From the NCBI RefSeq assembly GCF_001194135.2, contig NC_068985.1:2362624-2426623 (forward strand): 64,000 bases of DNA. The letters are read 5' to 3'. The translations under genes were made by a program, and so were the position numbers. Numbering within the stretch: position 1 is the stretch's first letter; every line of letters begins with the position of its first letter. The notes under the pieces are model-generated. The model made no database searches, was not told the DNA's origin, and saw nothing but the letters and a program-made list of their open reading frames with translations. Of this stretch, positions 36,524 through 51,190 are shown in pieces. The stretch is from Octopus bimaculoides. Lineage: Eukaryota.

Positions 36524-38799
36524 ACATATAAACGTACACATGTAAGTATGTATGTATATCTGTTTGTATGTATATAGCATACATGCTTCCCTGTGTAGCT
36601 GTATAGATGCGTATCTGGCATTCTGCCAAGGCATAAACATATAATAACTGCCCAGCATGTAAATGATATATTTGTCATATATAGATCAATGAAAGAGTGA
36701 GGAAAGACCTGGGAAATTTCTGTCTTCTATCCAAATATGAGAATAATTTAAGAAAAATCATAGCAACACAACTTTATTTCTGAATGGATTACATCGATAA
36801 TGAAGAACAGGTATGTTATGTCCATTCGAAGTGAAACACTAACAAATGTCTTTTAATACGCAGAAACATTGACTCTCCACACAGATATAAAAAATGGCAG
36901 CAGTAAAACCTCAAACTCAAAGAAGCATTTAGATTCTCTGCCACAAACAAAGCATCAGGTAAATCAGCAAAATAAAAACAAATATTGAGTAATAAGGAGT
37001 ATAGAAGTAAGTTGGTAGACCATATTATAAAACATTAGAGAAACAAATTCAAACATAATAAACACAACAGAAGCAAAACACCTGGTAAAACAAACAAACA
37101 AACGAAGCAGACATAAAATATATGACACGAATCAAGAGCATCTGAGCGAATACAAATTTGTGTTTCATTTTTAAGCTTTCATGGTATTTTATATCAGATA
37201 ATTGTGTTGTCAGCAAAGGTTCTTCTACCTAATTTTATTTTATGTTTTATGATATATTCCAACTGCTTGTTGCTGTAAATGCATGTTGAGGCAGTGAAAA
37301 TGTGATATACTTGTAGCTGTTAGAGCCATGAAGCTTGCAGCTTCCATGTTTCCATGAAATTTTGTTGAAGCATTGATCATCTGAGGTTTGTTCTGTAGTT
37401 CACAGGTTTGTGGTTTATTGCTGATAAGGAGGTCATAAATTTGGGTGTTTTTATAATATCCTGGAAGAAATACCATGAAGCCATTCACAAACACACACCC
37501 CAACTTCTCCACAGATGTGCTTCACAGAGATGGTCCCCTTTATTTAGATTTATTTGTTTCTTCTTTTCACGTCCTCTTTATTTTATTCTCTGACCTGGCA
37601 CTGACCATTATTCCCAGTTGTGTCTCTCTTCCTGGAACATCTGCATTCTCAGATCAAAAACAAACCATTTGAAAGAGCACAACCAACATTATATCTAATC
37701 CATAAACTCACACACACACACACATATACACACGCGCACACACACACACGCACACACTCAGACACTGATTAACCCTTGTTTTCCCCCCACTTTTATCTTT
37801 TTAGAGTATCAAAGCCTCCATCTTTGTAAATCTCTGAATGGGTAGTCAAAGGCCATAGTTGAACCAGTGATCAGGTTTTAGTTGTGTATAGGGCGACTTA
37901 GAAACTGCTAATTACAAAAAGGAAATTTGAGTGAATTCTAAGGTGCATGTGTTAAAAAACAACAAAGAATGACTCTACCAAAATGAATGACAAGCAGTTT
38001 AACTAACAAGATCAAAATTCATGCCAAATCAATAGACACGCAATTGGAATTTCATTCAATTCCATACATGCAACTATATTCCAGGAATAGTATGAAAACA
38101 TTTCTGAATTTTAATTTAAAGTAACGTGAAGCACTGGTTTATCAATTATTTTAGCTAATGTTCACATCTTGCACCGATGTACATCAGCAGAAGACACATA
38201 CACACATTTAAATGACTGGAAACTGTTTCATTAAAATGAAACTTCTTAAAGAATTGAAACAATGATAACGTAGATTCTATAAACAGGTAACTGTATGAAA
38301 AATTGTTGAAGGAGTGAAAGGCAATGTTAAAAAGATGAAAAAACGGTTGCATACCATTTCTAGAGAATGAAGGATAAAATATATTAATAAAGTGAAAAGG
38401 GTGAGATTGAAAAATAAATAGCTGTTGCTATGAGTTACCATGGAGATAAAAGATCGGCAGATTGAAATGAAAAGTTTCAGGAGAAAGAGCAAGCTCATTA
38501 CAAGTTGAAAGCAAATAATTTTTGTTTCCTTGTAAAAAAAAGGGAAATGTTGTATGCTGGTAAATTTAGGAAATTTGTAACTAATAGCAGATTAAATTAT
38601 TCAGTTATAAATTATAGTGAAATAAAGGGGACAAATATGAACTCAATTAATGTATGTTACATAAGAGTAAATGTCTTTAAGTGAGCCTGGGTTAATGGTC
38701 AAGTGTTTGTAAACATATCTAAGTCATTGAAAAATTGCATGGATATATGGAAACTAAGAATAACAATAAATACTATGAGAGAATGATGAGGTAAAATTT

Positions 38800-39500
38800 G
38801 AAGTGTTGTTTTGGAAATTAATAATATATGAAGTTAAAAGATGGTTTATAATATTCTATTCTCCAGCAACTAATCAAACCAAGGAGTTTGATAAAGGAAG
38901 CAATTGACTAAAGTAAAAATCTAATGGAAATATTAATCAATGTTAATAAAGGGACAAGCACTTAAATTTAAAATAAGGTAAACGAAATAAGAAAGGACAT
39001 AAATTTCAATGAAAATGGTAACGTGTCTCATTCTGTAACATAAAAACCAAATTCCTATGAATTGAAGATTGTTACTATTGAGATAACTACCTTTGCTCTC
39101 TGAAAAATTCTAATAAATACAGACCAGATTTAATTTGGTAATTTGGTAATTTAAAAAAGACTTTATGTATTTTATTTTAGAATTTTGTATTACCAATTAC
39201 AATAGAGACTAACCCAGCCAATGTTAACTTTCTGGATGTTGTGTTAAATTTAACCAACTTACGTTAATATCCATACCATTACTCAAATGAATAATTCGTA
39301 ATCATTGTAATCACGTTAGGGGTGGTATTAATAATTTAGTAAAAGAATTTCTATATATTTTGTACTTTATTGTGCTACATGCTTTCCAGGACAAAACAAT
39401 GTTTAGTTGGTATTAGAGATTTGGCACAGAGAATTTCAAAGCTCTCAGATGTGCAGAGTTTCCATAGTTTTTGGTTAGAATGTGGACAAAACGTTCTCAA
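38800..39500 (+). mobile_element. Very decayed Penelope-like RT remnant
   Basis: ITIETNPANVNFLDVVLNL (39196-39252), DLAQRISKLSD and Y*DNYLCSLKN, in the expected order for PLE RT and thumb. Confidence 0.5.
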
Positions 39501-39702
39501 AATAACAAAATCTTTTAGCTCTACAAATATTAATTTCATATTTCCCAAATTCAACAATATATAATGATTTTTATTACTGAGTAACACAAGTTATTCTCCT
39601 TCAACATACTCTCCAATTCTTTTAACTCCCATCTTCCAATTTTTTATTTCTATGATAATTTTATTGTAATAGCTGTTAGTTTCATATTTCCCAAATTCAG
39701 TA

Positions 39703-40045
39703 GTCATCATCATCATCATCATCATCGTCGTCGTTTAACGTCTGTTTTCCATGCTGGCATGGGTTGGATGGTTTGACTGAGGGCTAGCAATCCAGTAGGC
39801 TGTACCAGGTTCTAATCTGATCTGGCAAGGTTTCTACAGCTGGATGCCCTGCCTAACGCCAACCACTCTCAGAGTGTAGTGGGTGATTTTTATGTGCCAC
39901 CAGCATGGGCCGGGGGAGCTGGCATCAACCAAGATCGGATGGTGCTTTTTACATGCCACCAGCACCGGAGCCAATCAAGGCGGTGCTGGCATTAGCCACG
40001 TTCGGATGATGCTTTTTACATGCCACCGGCAGAGAAACCAGCCAT
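39703..40045 (-). mobile_element. Retroposed repeat family C ((GAT)n tail, internal tandem units); probably a LINE 3' UTR
   Basis: (CAT)n-CGTTTAACGTCTGTTTTCCATGCTGGCATGGGTTGG...GGATGCCCTGCCTAACGCCAACCACTC plus three GGTGxTTTTTAxxTGCCACC units. Confidence 0.8.
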
Positions 40046-40209
40046 ACATACGTATATACATATGTATGTATGTATGTATGTATGTATGCAAGTATGCATG
40101 TGTGTATGTATGTATGTGTGTATGTGTGTATACATGCAGATTTGTATGCTTTGTTTTGTGTATGCGTTCTCGTGCATATGGTTGCATATCTAGACACGCT
40201 CATATATAC

Positions 40210-40615
40210 TTAAGTGATAAACTTCTGGATGGATTGGATCTGTAATCTTCGAATTAGCTTTCTCCTTCTTAGTTTTCAGAAGCCTAATTTCGCAAGATTG
40301 GTATTTAGGCAGTGTGTTACATATCCCAGGGCCCCAATAATTACAGGTATAAACCTGAACTTGTAACTTGGATAGAGTAACTACAGATTTCTCAATAGTT
40401 CAGCATAGATGTTCTCTTTTTCACTGATTTTCAGCTTTATGTTAAACATCTACTGGCAGCTAATTTCCACAACTGTACACAGTTTCTCTTCTCTGTCCCA
40501 AATCACTATATCAGGTCTGTTGTGCTTACATTTTATTGAGATCTTCACTGGGACATTCCACCAGTATTCCTTTTTATCATTAGTGGCTATGGCTTCTACC
40601 ATATTGTGGGTTCTT
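40210..40615 (-). mobile_element. RLE-type LINE endonuclease fragment, third subfamily
   Basis: EYWWNVPVKISIKCKHNRPDIVIWDREEKLCTVVEISC...KENIYAELLRNL*LLYPSYKFRFIPVIIGALG. Confidence 0.85.
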
Positions 40616-40616
40616 C

Positions 40617-41145
40617 GTGTATGTATGTATGTATGTATGTGTGTATGTATGTATATGAGTATGTATGTGTGTATGTATGTGTGCATGTATGTATGTATGT
40701 GTGTATGTATGTAATTATGTATGTATGTGTGGGGTGTATCTATGTATTATGTATGTATGTATAAATGTATGTCTGCGTGTTTATGCATGTATATGTATTG
40801 TGTGTATGCATGTATGTATGTATTTATATATGTACGTATGCATGTCTGTATGTGTGTATGTATGTATGTATGTTTGTATGTATGTATGTATGTGTTTGTG
40901 TGTATGTATGTATGTATGTGTGTATGTATGTGTGTATGTATGTATGTATATGTGTATGTACGAATGTATGTATGTGTTTGTGTATGTATGTGTATGAATG
41001 TATGTATGTATGTGTTTGTGTGTATGTGTGTAAATGTATGTATGTACATAAGTATGTATGCGTTTATGTGTATATATGTATGTATGTATGTACGTAAGTA
41101 TGTATGCGTTTATGTGTATGTATGTATGTATGTATATTTGAGCAT
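40617..41145. repeat. Long degenerate (TATG)/(TG)n microsatellite
   Basis: Direct reading. Confidence 0.95.
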
Positions 41146-41876
41146 CTAAAGAATAAGTGTAACATCTCCGCAACTGAAGAATGAACTGAAATACCATCCC
41201 TAAAAGGCGCTTGCCATTTCCCTGGAACTGACCTGATGACATCAGCTTCTTATGTCATTTGCGATATCATTCTGTATCCTCACTTACCATTTTGGCAAGG
41301 TATTAATCAAAATATTCTTGGTTGAACAATTCTTGGCAACATTCATGCAAAACCAATATGGAGCCAATGGTCCTGGCTTTTTGATTTCAAATCCAATGTA
41401 AAATTTATTCTCTACTTTACCTGCTTTGGGCTCTCCTTTTTCTCTCTCTCACACGCACATTCATTAATCTTGTCTTTCTAATTCCTTCCACACTCCCCCT
41501 CCCCTCTCTTTCTCTCTCTCTCCTTTCATTTACTCTCTCTCTCTCAGTCTTTTCTCCTGTTCATTTCGTAATTTACTTGTTTTAGTCTTACTCTCCCTCC
41601 CCTTTCTTCTCCCTCTCTCCCCCTCTCTTTTATGTCTTTCTTTCTCTAGTTCTATCATCTTTCTTCCCCGCCCCCTCTGACTCCCATTTATTTCGTTCTG
41701 TTGTTCTTAAAATTGTGTTTCCTTCTTCCCCACTGTCATTACCTTATTTTCAAGAATTGGAAGGAATCACAGCAGATGTTTAACAAACACCACAATATTG
41801 GCGATAAATTTCAATAAAAGACTTGCAGAATGAAACAAAAAAAATGAAAATAATAGAACTACTACTGCTATTAATA

Positions 41877-41911
<35 letters not shown>

Positions 41912-42389
41912 AAAAAAATCAATATTTTTGATGATAATTTTAAAATTTTCAAGGATTTTCAGGGATTTCTTCCAATATTAGCTTCTTTATGAATTAACTG
42001 CAAAATAAATAGAATATTTCTATATATTTTATGTTTTTAAACAAGGTTTTTCTTTCTCTGTTTATAACCATTATTATTATTATTATTATTAACATTATAA
42101 ATATTATCGTTAATAGTAGCAGTAATAGTAGTAGTAGTAATAATGTTGTATTAAATGAATTTTGGGTTTTTTTTTTTTCCTTATTTCAAAACGTGTAGGA
42201 AGAAAAGTTGAAGTTGCTTAAAGAGGGTTCTATGGAGACCAGCTGTTCCCTCCAACATTTAACAGCACTTTCTAATTGATATGGCAGCCACTTCAGAATA
42301 AATAAAATCCAATATCCACCATTTACTCTAAAAATCTTTCCATGATATAACACCTGGCTTCCTTCAATGAGCATATGTGCCTCTAAGCG

Positions 42390-42565
42390 TGTGTGCATGT
42401 GCGCATGCGTTTGTGTGTGTGTGTGTGTGCATGTGTGCATGTGTGTGTGTGAGCATGTGTGCATGTGTGTGTGTGTGTGCATGTGTGCATGTGTGTGGGT
42501 GTGTGCATGTGTGTGAGTGTGTGTGTATGTGTGTGTGTGAATATGCATGTGTGTGTGTGCGTATG

Positions 42566-42598
<33 letters not shown>

Positions 42599-42620
42599 GC
42601 ATGTGTGTGTGTGTGTGTGC
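42390..42620. repeat. (TG)n/(CATGTG)n microsatellite
   Basis: Direct reading. Confidence 0.95.
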
Positions 42621-42779
42621 ATTTAAAGAGGGTGACTCACTTCTGCATTGCTTGAAGTTTCAGAGCATTAAATTTGTATGGCCGTGTCATCAGGTGCCCT
42701 GGCATCTTAATCTCACACACACACACACATAATAAAGTGAGACTTTTATGCACAGACAGAACCATTGCTCGTAGGAGAG

Positions 42780-44050
42780 GTGAATACTTTTTCCTCTCCA
42801 GTTTAGTAATACCTTGGACTGTTTTCAGATCTGGACCGTCAAGTATAACCTGCAGTTTCATGCTCATTTGTTATACTGGTGGGGGGAGGGGGGCTCTTTC
42901 TTTGATGTCACATGATATTTTTGAACGTTCATATGTGCAATGCCTGAACTTTCAAATGCCTTGGGACAGCGCAGTAGATTCCTTCTATATCAAAACAGAT
43001 GGTGGTATTAGTCCCCCTTAAAAATATTTGTTGTGGGTCCTATGTATATCTTTTCAATAATATCAGAATGTAAATCAGAAGCTGTATATACTGTTGATTT
43101 GGAGAAAAACAATGTTTTAAGTGGACAGTACACTTAAAAATATTACAGTTAGAAGTTGCTCTTTGTGATTAGAGCTGTTGGATGTTTTAAGAAGTTTTAG
43201 ATTACTGTAGTTGGGTGAACAGAAAATGTTGTTTGCTTAGGATAAGCTCTTGGCTATATTGGTAGCTCCCATTCATGTTTACAGGTGGATTAAACCAGAT
43301 TACCTTCTTCCTTCTGATTTTGTGGTTGTAGAGAGGTGCTCTTTGTGTCCTAGTTTCTCACTAAAACCATTTCTCACTAGAACTTTATTATAATGTGAGT
43401 AGCCTTGTTTAAAAAAGTTCTTTTCTGAGCAGCGATCAGAAATTTTCCTACTAAGCTGGCTGCAACATTCCTTATTACGGCTGGAGATTGGTTAGAAATC
43501 TCATGGATATATATACACATTTTTTGTTTGAATTTCTTTATTAATATTGTTAATTGTACTTCAATCTAGTGTTATGGCTAAGAAGTTAATTAGCAAGAGT
43601 TGGTGCTTAGAGTGGAATTTAAATCAAATCCTGTGAATATTCTTGTCAGGTCCTTCTCAAATCTATCATAGCATGGTTTTCCATATTCTTGAGTTATAAT
43701 TTCAAAACAACCCAGAGCTATAAGGCATTATACTTTCTGAAGATGTGTGGGTTGAAAATTCCCAAGAACTCAGTGACATCTGCTGTCAAAGCTCTCATGA
43801 AGAATGTAAACGGAAGATCACCTTCCAATTTGACTGAAAAGTAATTACTATGGTGTGAGAAAGACCCCTTATTGTCCACTATTTGTTCATAGGATTTGCA
43901 GGAGAAGGATTCTTAAGATAAGGGAATAAAGCTCTTCTCTGTCAAATTTGGTGAATTTGCAAACTGCTTTGCTTGTTCTGTTATGAAACCATTTGATGGC
44001 AGCAAAATAGTTCTGTTGAATAGAATATTTCAACTGATTCTTCAAAAGTG
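42780..44050 (-). mobile_element. Decayed Penelope-like element: RT plus GIY-YIG endonuclease
   Basis: In order on the minus strand: IKWFHN..KFTKFDREELYS, SFDS.DVTEFLGIF, NFLAITLD, YIHEISNQSP, RKVIWFNPP, CPLK..SKSTVY..EKIYIGPTTNIFK, STALSQGI*, CRLYLT..LLNWR. Confidence 0.8.
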
Positions 44051-44099
44051 TAATCTCTACAATTTAGATCTTTTTCTTTGTAAACAAATACACACATAC

Positions 44100-44440
44100 A
44101 CGTCTGTGGCCATGCTGGGGCACTACCTTGAAGAATTTTAGTCTAATCCACTCCAATACATTTTTAAAGCCAGGTATGTATTCTATTGAGTCTCTTTGCC
44201 AAATTCCTAAGTTATGAGGGATGTAAACACACCAACACCTGTTGTCAAGAAGTGAAGAGGGACGAGCACTCAAACACACACACATGAGGGGTTCCTTTCA
44301 GTTTCCATCTACCAAATCTATTCACAAAGCTTTGGTCAGCCCAGGGCTAAAGTAGAAAACACTTACCCAAGGTGCCATGCAGTGGGACTGAACCCAGATC
44401 CACATAGTTGGAAAGTAAGTTTCTTACCATATAGCTATGC
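44100..44440 (-). mobile_element. SINE family A, CpG-depleted copy with short central tract
   Basis: Same head and 3' module as 48665-49095, with many CpG-to-TpG/CpA changes. Confidence 0.8.
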
Positions 44441-47400
44441 CAGCACCAATATTAAATGAATTAAAGTAGAAATATTCCAAGATATCTTTTGCATCAAAAC
44501 AGATTTGAAAATGGTTAAATAGATTTTACTGTCATATCCCATTTATGCTTGCATTAGCACTTCTCTCCGTGTAATTATACGTGCACTATAAATAAACCTC
44601 TACACAAGCTCAGAATTAAATAAAGTATTTCAAGATAACTTTGTATCAAAATTGATAAACTAATAATTGAAATGGGTCTGCTATCAAATTGCACACATGC
44701 GCTGACATCGACACTTTCCTGTACACAATTAGGTATGTGCCTGTGTAAACTATAATTAAAGACTTGCATATACTTGGAGTTAAATAAAATGGATTATGCA
44801 ACCAAATAGATTTCCAATGATTAACTATGTATCAGATTAAAGCTGAAATATATGCTTACAGAGATATACATGTCTCTTCAGACTCTTCATACTTACATAC
44901 GCAAATTATTAAATTGCATTTAAATATATTGTACTCAATAAAAATACAACCAGTTTTCCATTAAAATAGGCTCACAAATAATTAAATGCATTTATCATTG
45001 AATAACTTATTTGACTACCAATACATTTTGATACAAACTGATACATACAATTATATATTTAAAGAAAATATTTTGAGACATCTTTTTGCATTAGAAAACA
45101 ATGTGGAAAAGAATAAGTGAGTTTGTAGATACAGACCTTTTAACATAAACAACGGCATACAATTACATGTTTAAGGAAACACATTTTCAGAATTCAATGA
45201 AATATTCAGTTGTTTTGTCAACATAGACTGAAAAAATGTTTAAGAACGGTTTACAGCAACAAATAAAATAGATAGAAACTTATGTTGACATATAAACCGT
45301 CAACAATTACATTTAAGTGTTGATGTTTTTCATGATACCTAAAAGATGCCCAAATACATATAAAGACAATTAAGAGAAAGAAGCGTTAATTAATTTTCAC
45401 TTGTTGTTATAGATGCTTTGACTGATAAAGCATAGAGAACTCAATGCTAAGTGGCAGAAAAAGCAATCTATTAGCAACATTAATTGGTTTACGGTACCTC
45501 AGTTTTCTGTACACTCAGTACCTGCCAGAAGACATTTCTTCAGAATATATATTTGGTAATGGCTTTTCAAGAGACATGTGATAGAATTGTCCAAGATATG
45601 GTGTGTGAGGTGTTAGAAGATTTTTAAAAACGATATAAATAGATAAAGATATAATTGGTTTTCTGTTTAAGTTATTAAAAGGGTGTTTGTGTAGGGTAAC
45701 ACAAGTTTTAAAAGAACTAGCAGTTAATCTTATACATGGCAAAGATGAATTGGAGTGGGAAGCAGTATTGATGTTGGTGCATTACACTGTCTCATTGTCT
45801 AAGCGTTTTTCTTGTAATTACAATTCTCTGTGACAAAATGCCATGAGTAACTGGTTCTCCAGTTCAAATGTGCATCAAGCATATTCAAACAGGTAATAAC
45901 ATTGCAATTTCTTGTAATAGAAATAAATTTTAATTAGTGTAATTTCAGGTAGGTGTAAATTCAGTTTACCTTTTCAGAATTTAGTTTTGATTGGTTGGGC
46001 ATTGAGTCAATTTGTGTGAGTGCTTAAGCAGGATTATTTTTGTGTCGTTTTGGTTGAGAATTTAGCAGAGTTTATGATTAGAAGGAAATGCTTTTTTAAA
46101 AGTTTTAAAGAACTACAACTACCCTAAAACTCTCTACCAAATAACATAAAAATTTCTACGACAATTACAACTTCTCACAAATTATTACAGTGCTCACCCA
46201 CCCCACCACCACCAAATAAAATTTCCAAGAAATCAACTAAATTATATTAATAGAAATTTCTACCTACCACAAGGTAAATATCCAGCTATCACAAACCAAT
46301 GAGAGCATCAAAACAAAACCCAGCCTAAGCAAAACGTACGATAACCACACACAACAAATATTCCCTCAAAATCAAGAGAAAATACAACAGAATCTACAGC
46401 ACAAGAATAAAAAAAAGAAAAGAAAAAAGAGCATGCAAAACAAGAAGGAACACAAAGTAAAATCAAAAAATCCAAAATGATAGCGAAGACCAAAGCAACT
46501 CCTGGACAACAACAAATGTATACTCCACACGCAACACTTAATAACATAAATGACAAAGACATACATCACAAGAGAGTAAGCAGAGTTAGTATTAAGGGAG
46601 ACATAACAACAACTGTCAGAGACAAGGGATCGATTTTGTTTTATGTTTTTGAATTTGTGTTTGGTAATAGTCAAAGTAGAGCAACTTCTGTGCAGAAGAG
46701 GCCTGTTAGGACAGGGACTTGTCTCCACAGAGATACACTTTTTTCTTTTCTTACAGAATGAAAATGCTAAGCAGTGATGTATTTAACAACAGACTTGTTA
46801 CCAGTTCAAACCTGTCCAAGGCATATTCAAACCTTTAAGACAGCCATTCACTATATTTCTTGTCATGGACAGAATTTCTTGCTGTTGACAAATTTGAGTA
46901 AACACACTGAATCAGCTCACAGCATTTCCTAACCAGGAATGAAAGGGCCAAATGGTGAATGTGTATAAATTCAAACTTGTTATCAGTTGAAACATGATTG
47001 TGGCATCTTGGAACCCATTTGTTTTTGGAGAGTTTTTCGTTTTTTCTTGTCATAATGATTCTGAAGAAACCTTGACATTTGAAATTGCCTTCCCTCGTTA
47101 TTTGGAATCGGTCACCAATGCAGCTAAGGCATTTATTTAACTTTCTCTCAAAGCTAAGATAATTTCAATCTATCAAGAATTAATCTTGCATGATAATTAA
47201 CATTCCTTTCTTAGAAATTCATGCCACAAGCCAGTTTGGATTATTTCCCTTGGCTCAAATTTGTTTTCCGTCTGTGTGTGCACGCGTGCATGTGTATGTG
47301 TGTGTGTGTGTGTGTGATGGGGGCTGATGTATCAGGCAAATTAGAGGAAAGCAGTGTTTCTCATAATATTTACAATGCTGCCATGTTTTATATCAGCAAA

Positions 47401-47494
47401 TATAAACACACTGTTATACATAGTCACTTTTTTATGCAAGCAACATATCTATCAACGTATTTACTCAATTATGTATGAGTTCAGATCTGTGATA

Positions 47495-47875
47495 GGCACA
47501 GGTATGGCTGTAGGGCGTGAAGGTCCCTTCCCAACCACATGGTTCCAGGTTCAGTATCACATACCTTGGGAAAATGTCTTCTGCTGTAGCCTTGGACCAG
47601 CTAAAGCTCTGTGAGTGGATTTGGTAGATGGAAACTGAAAGAATCCCATTTTGTGCATGTGTGTGTGTGTGTGTGTACCAGTGTTTGTTTTGCTGCACTG
47701 CTTGATAATCAGTGTTGATGTGTTTACATCCCCGTGATTCAGAAATTCATCAAAAAACGCCAATAGAATATACTAGGCTTAAAAAATAAGTACGATTGTT
47801 GGTTGATTCAACTAAAATTCTTCAAGACAGTGCCCCAGCATGGTCACAATTTAATGAAGGAACAAATAAAAAACA
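47495..47875 (+). mobile_element. SINE family A, diverged
   Basis: GGCACAGGTATGGCTG...GGTTCAGT...GTGAGTGGATTTGGTAGATGGAAACTGAAAG-(TG)n-3' module. Confidence 0.8.
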
Positions 47876-48495
47876 AACAATGTCCCTGTTTGTTCATCAC
47901 CTTAATATCTTATCTCTCAGCTTATTTATTTAACGAAGCTCGTTGATCCGTTTTGCCTGTCTGTCTTGATGCTTATCCATTCATTTGTTTGTCTCGTTCT
48001 CTGTTTACCACACTCCAGAAGAATACACAGTCAAAGCCATTATGATCGTTTAGAAATGCTAGGAGTTATTATAATGTCAGCAGTGACCTTTCTTTAAGGC
48101 TACACGCCCATATTTGTTCATATGGCCAACACTACATTACTAAAGGATCTAAGTGTTTCTTGAAAGGGGTCAAAAAACATCTTCCTTTGTGAACAGTTGC
48201 ATTTCACTCAAGAGTTATTCTCTCACATTTAATACAGAACAACACCTATGTACAAACACACAAACAAACACACACACATGCAAAACACACACACACACAC
48301 ACTGTACAAACACACAACCAAACACACACACACACATACACACACACACACACATTATTTACAATACGTATCTTGACAAGAGCTGTTGTGTTTTTGGCAA
48401 GAATTCACTCACCAACTTTATTCAGCTGTTTGACCATCCTTCAGTTGTGAACCATCCACTTCTGTTACTTTTATCCCACCAACACCATGGCTGCA

Positions 48496-48528
<33 letters not shown>

Positions 48529-48664
48529 GCTCTGAATTATGTAAACTTTATATTTTATAGTTCTTAGCTAACATGATTTATGATTGTAATCAATTTATTT
48601 TGTCAAAATATAGAATTTGGGCCAAAATAACTCTATAATAAAAATTTTTGTATACACTTCCATA

Positions 48665-48827
48665 GGCACAGGAGTGGCTGTGTGGTGAGTAGCTTGCTTA
48701 CCAACCACATAGCTCCGGGTTCAGTCCCACTGCGTGGCACTTTGGGCAAGTGTCTTCTACCATAGTCTCGGGCTGACGAAAGCCTTGTGAGTGGATTTGG
48801 TAGACAGAAACTGAAAGAAGCCCGTCG

Positions 48828-48863
<36 letters not shown>

Positions 48864-49095
48864 TATATATATATCTAATGTGTGTGTGTGTGTCTGTGTC
48901 TGTGTTTGTCCCACCACCATTGCTTGACAACTGGTGGTGGTGGTGTGTTCACGTCTCTGTAACTTAGTGGTTCAGCAAAAAGAGACCAATAGAATAAGTA
49001 CTAGGCTTACAAAGAATAAGTCAATTTGTTCGACTCAAGGCGGTGCTCCAGCATGGCTGCAGTTGGATGACTGAAACAAGTAAAAGAGTCAAAGA
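48665..49095 (+). mobile_element. SINE family A, near-complete young copy
   Basis: A box TGGCTGTGTGG, B box GGGTTCAGTCCC, central (TA)(CA)(TG) tract, and a 3' module ending ACAAGTAAAAGAGTCAAAGAG. Confidence 0.9.
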
Positions 49096-49547
49096 GCTCC
49101 TGAAGCTGGCCGCTACCAACTGTTCAAGAGATTTGTTTCTATTCCGACTTCCCAAGCAAGAGTTTCACAAGCCTTGCCATGTGTGACAACCTCTTTGTGT
49201 TCCTCTTTGATCTTCACGAGATACTGGGGAGATCAGGGATGATGCACTCACCACCACATTGTGTAAAGTAGTTTGGAAGCAGGGATGCTGGGGGTTCAAG
49301 GGTACTCCTAAAATCTTTTGGGGTGGGAGTGTAATGAAAATGCTTTGACCATCTTCTTGAAAATCTTCATTGCCAAAACGAACAAATGTAGAAACATTTT
49401 TGACTGATTTGAAGCATTACTTTGCCATTATTGGATTTCTCAATGAAATAAGTAGCAACTGAACACTGGGGTTGATCTTATCAACTTACCACCTCCCCAA
49501 AATTGCTGGCCTTAATGCAAAAATTTGAAATCAGTTATTGAGTGAAA

Positions 49548-50145
49548 GAGTAGTGCATGCCATCAAAGTGACACTTGGTTAAAATATTTGAAGCTCAATA
49601 CGCCCATCATGACTACTCGTCTGATAAGGGTGCACCAGGCACATGCCCCACAACCATATGGGCACAACATGGTGTCTCATATCAAGATAAACATCCCATG
49701 ACCTTGCAGATGGGGCCCAGTTAGAATTTTCTTCAGGTCGATTAGCCCATACTACTCAAATGGTCCTTGAATAAAGGTTGTTTAAGAATGTTGAACAAAA
49801 CACCCACGTTTCCAGAGGTGAAGTATCTAAACTCCAAAGAACACCAACCACTCTGAGAGTGTAGTGGGTGCTTTTACATGCCACCGGCACAAGGGCCAGT
49901 CTGGTGGTACTGGCAATGGCAACGCTCAAATGGTGTTTTTTATGTGCCACCTGCACTGGAGTCAGTCCAATGTTTTGTTCACATGCTACTGGCACAGTGC
50001 CAGTAAGGCGAAGCTGGAAACGATCGTGCTCAAATGGTGCTTTTTACGTGCCACTGGCATGGGAGCAAGACCACTGCTCTGGCAGTGATCCCACTCAGAT
50101 GGTGCTGTTAGCGCTCCACTGGCACGGGTGCCAGTCATCGTATTT
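49548..50145. mobile_element. Composite: interspersed repeat (49548-49845) joined to the tandem-unit region of family C (49845-50145)
   Basis: The junction is at CCAACCACTCTGAGAGTGTAGTGGGTGC. Four to five TGCCACC/TGGCAC-containing units follow. Confidence 0.65.
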
Positions 50146-50859
50146 GATATATATATATGAGAATGCGATATATGAGATATATGAGAATGATATATATATA
50201 TATCATTCTCTCTCTTTGTCTTTCTCTCTCTCTCTCTTTCTTCTCACTCTTTCTCTATCGAAATCTTCTCACTAATCAATATTAATTAACTCTGCCCAGT
50301 ATTAAACTGTATCTACTTCATTGAGTTTTCCCCCTTTGAAACATTACGCAGGTCCCAAAAACCTTTAGGTGCAGCCCATCCACTTCTGATTACATTTATT
50401 TTACCTTTTAGCTAATAATATTTTACATTGTGAAAATATCAAATGAATGACTCCTGTATTATAGAACACTTAATTGGCCGAGTACTCCACAGATGCAGAT
50501 TTTTATCTAGCCATCAACACAACTCAGTAAAATACTGTATGAAAAGACTCAGAACCAAAATGCAGATAGAACCCATGAGGAAGATTCTTGACAGTTTCCA
50601 CTGACCCAATTTCTGACAGATCAACCTGAGGCAAGAGTGGTGATACTTGCCCAATATGTCATTCAGTGATGTAGAAACCAGAATCATCTAATTGAAAAGT
50701 GAATATTTTAATCACTCAGCTGTAAATCCATTAGGACACACTTTAATTACGAAAAGAAGGCAGGCAATGAAGTTGATTTCATTAGAACATAGCTTTGGGA
50801 CATTAGAATCTGAACTGAGATAATTGTATTTACGTACAGATATATCTAAGTAAGAGTGT

Positions 50860-51190
50860 GTGTAGACAGACAGGCAGGCAGGCAGGCAGACAGACAGACA
50901 GACAGACTGACGGTCAGGCAGACAGACAGACGGAGAGACAGACAAACAGGCAGGTAGACTGACAGATAGAAACACAGACAGACAGGCGGGCAGACAGACA
51001 GATAGATAGCTGGATAGACAGGCAGGCAGGCAGGCAGGCAAGCAGGCAGATAGATAGACAGGCAGACAGGCAGACAGACAGACAGATAGATAGATAGATA
51101 GATAGACAGGCAGACAGACAGATAGACAGACAGACAAGCAGGCAGACTGACAGACAGACAGACAGACAGGCAGGCAGGCAGGCAGACAGG
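50860..51190. repeat. (CAGA)/(CAGG)/(TAGA)n tetranucleotide microsatellite
   Basis: Direct reading. Confidence 0.95.

Noticed and set aside
48665-48740. tRNA-like A/B boxes in SINE heads
   Set aside because: No complete cloverleaf or acceptor stem, and each continues into SINE body sequence; not tRNA genes.
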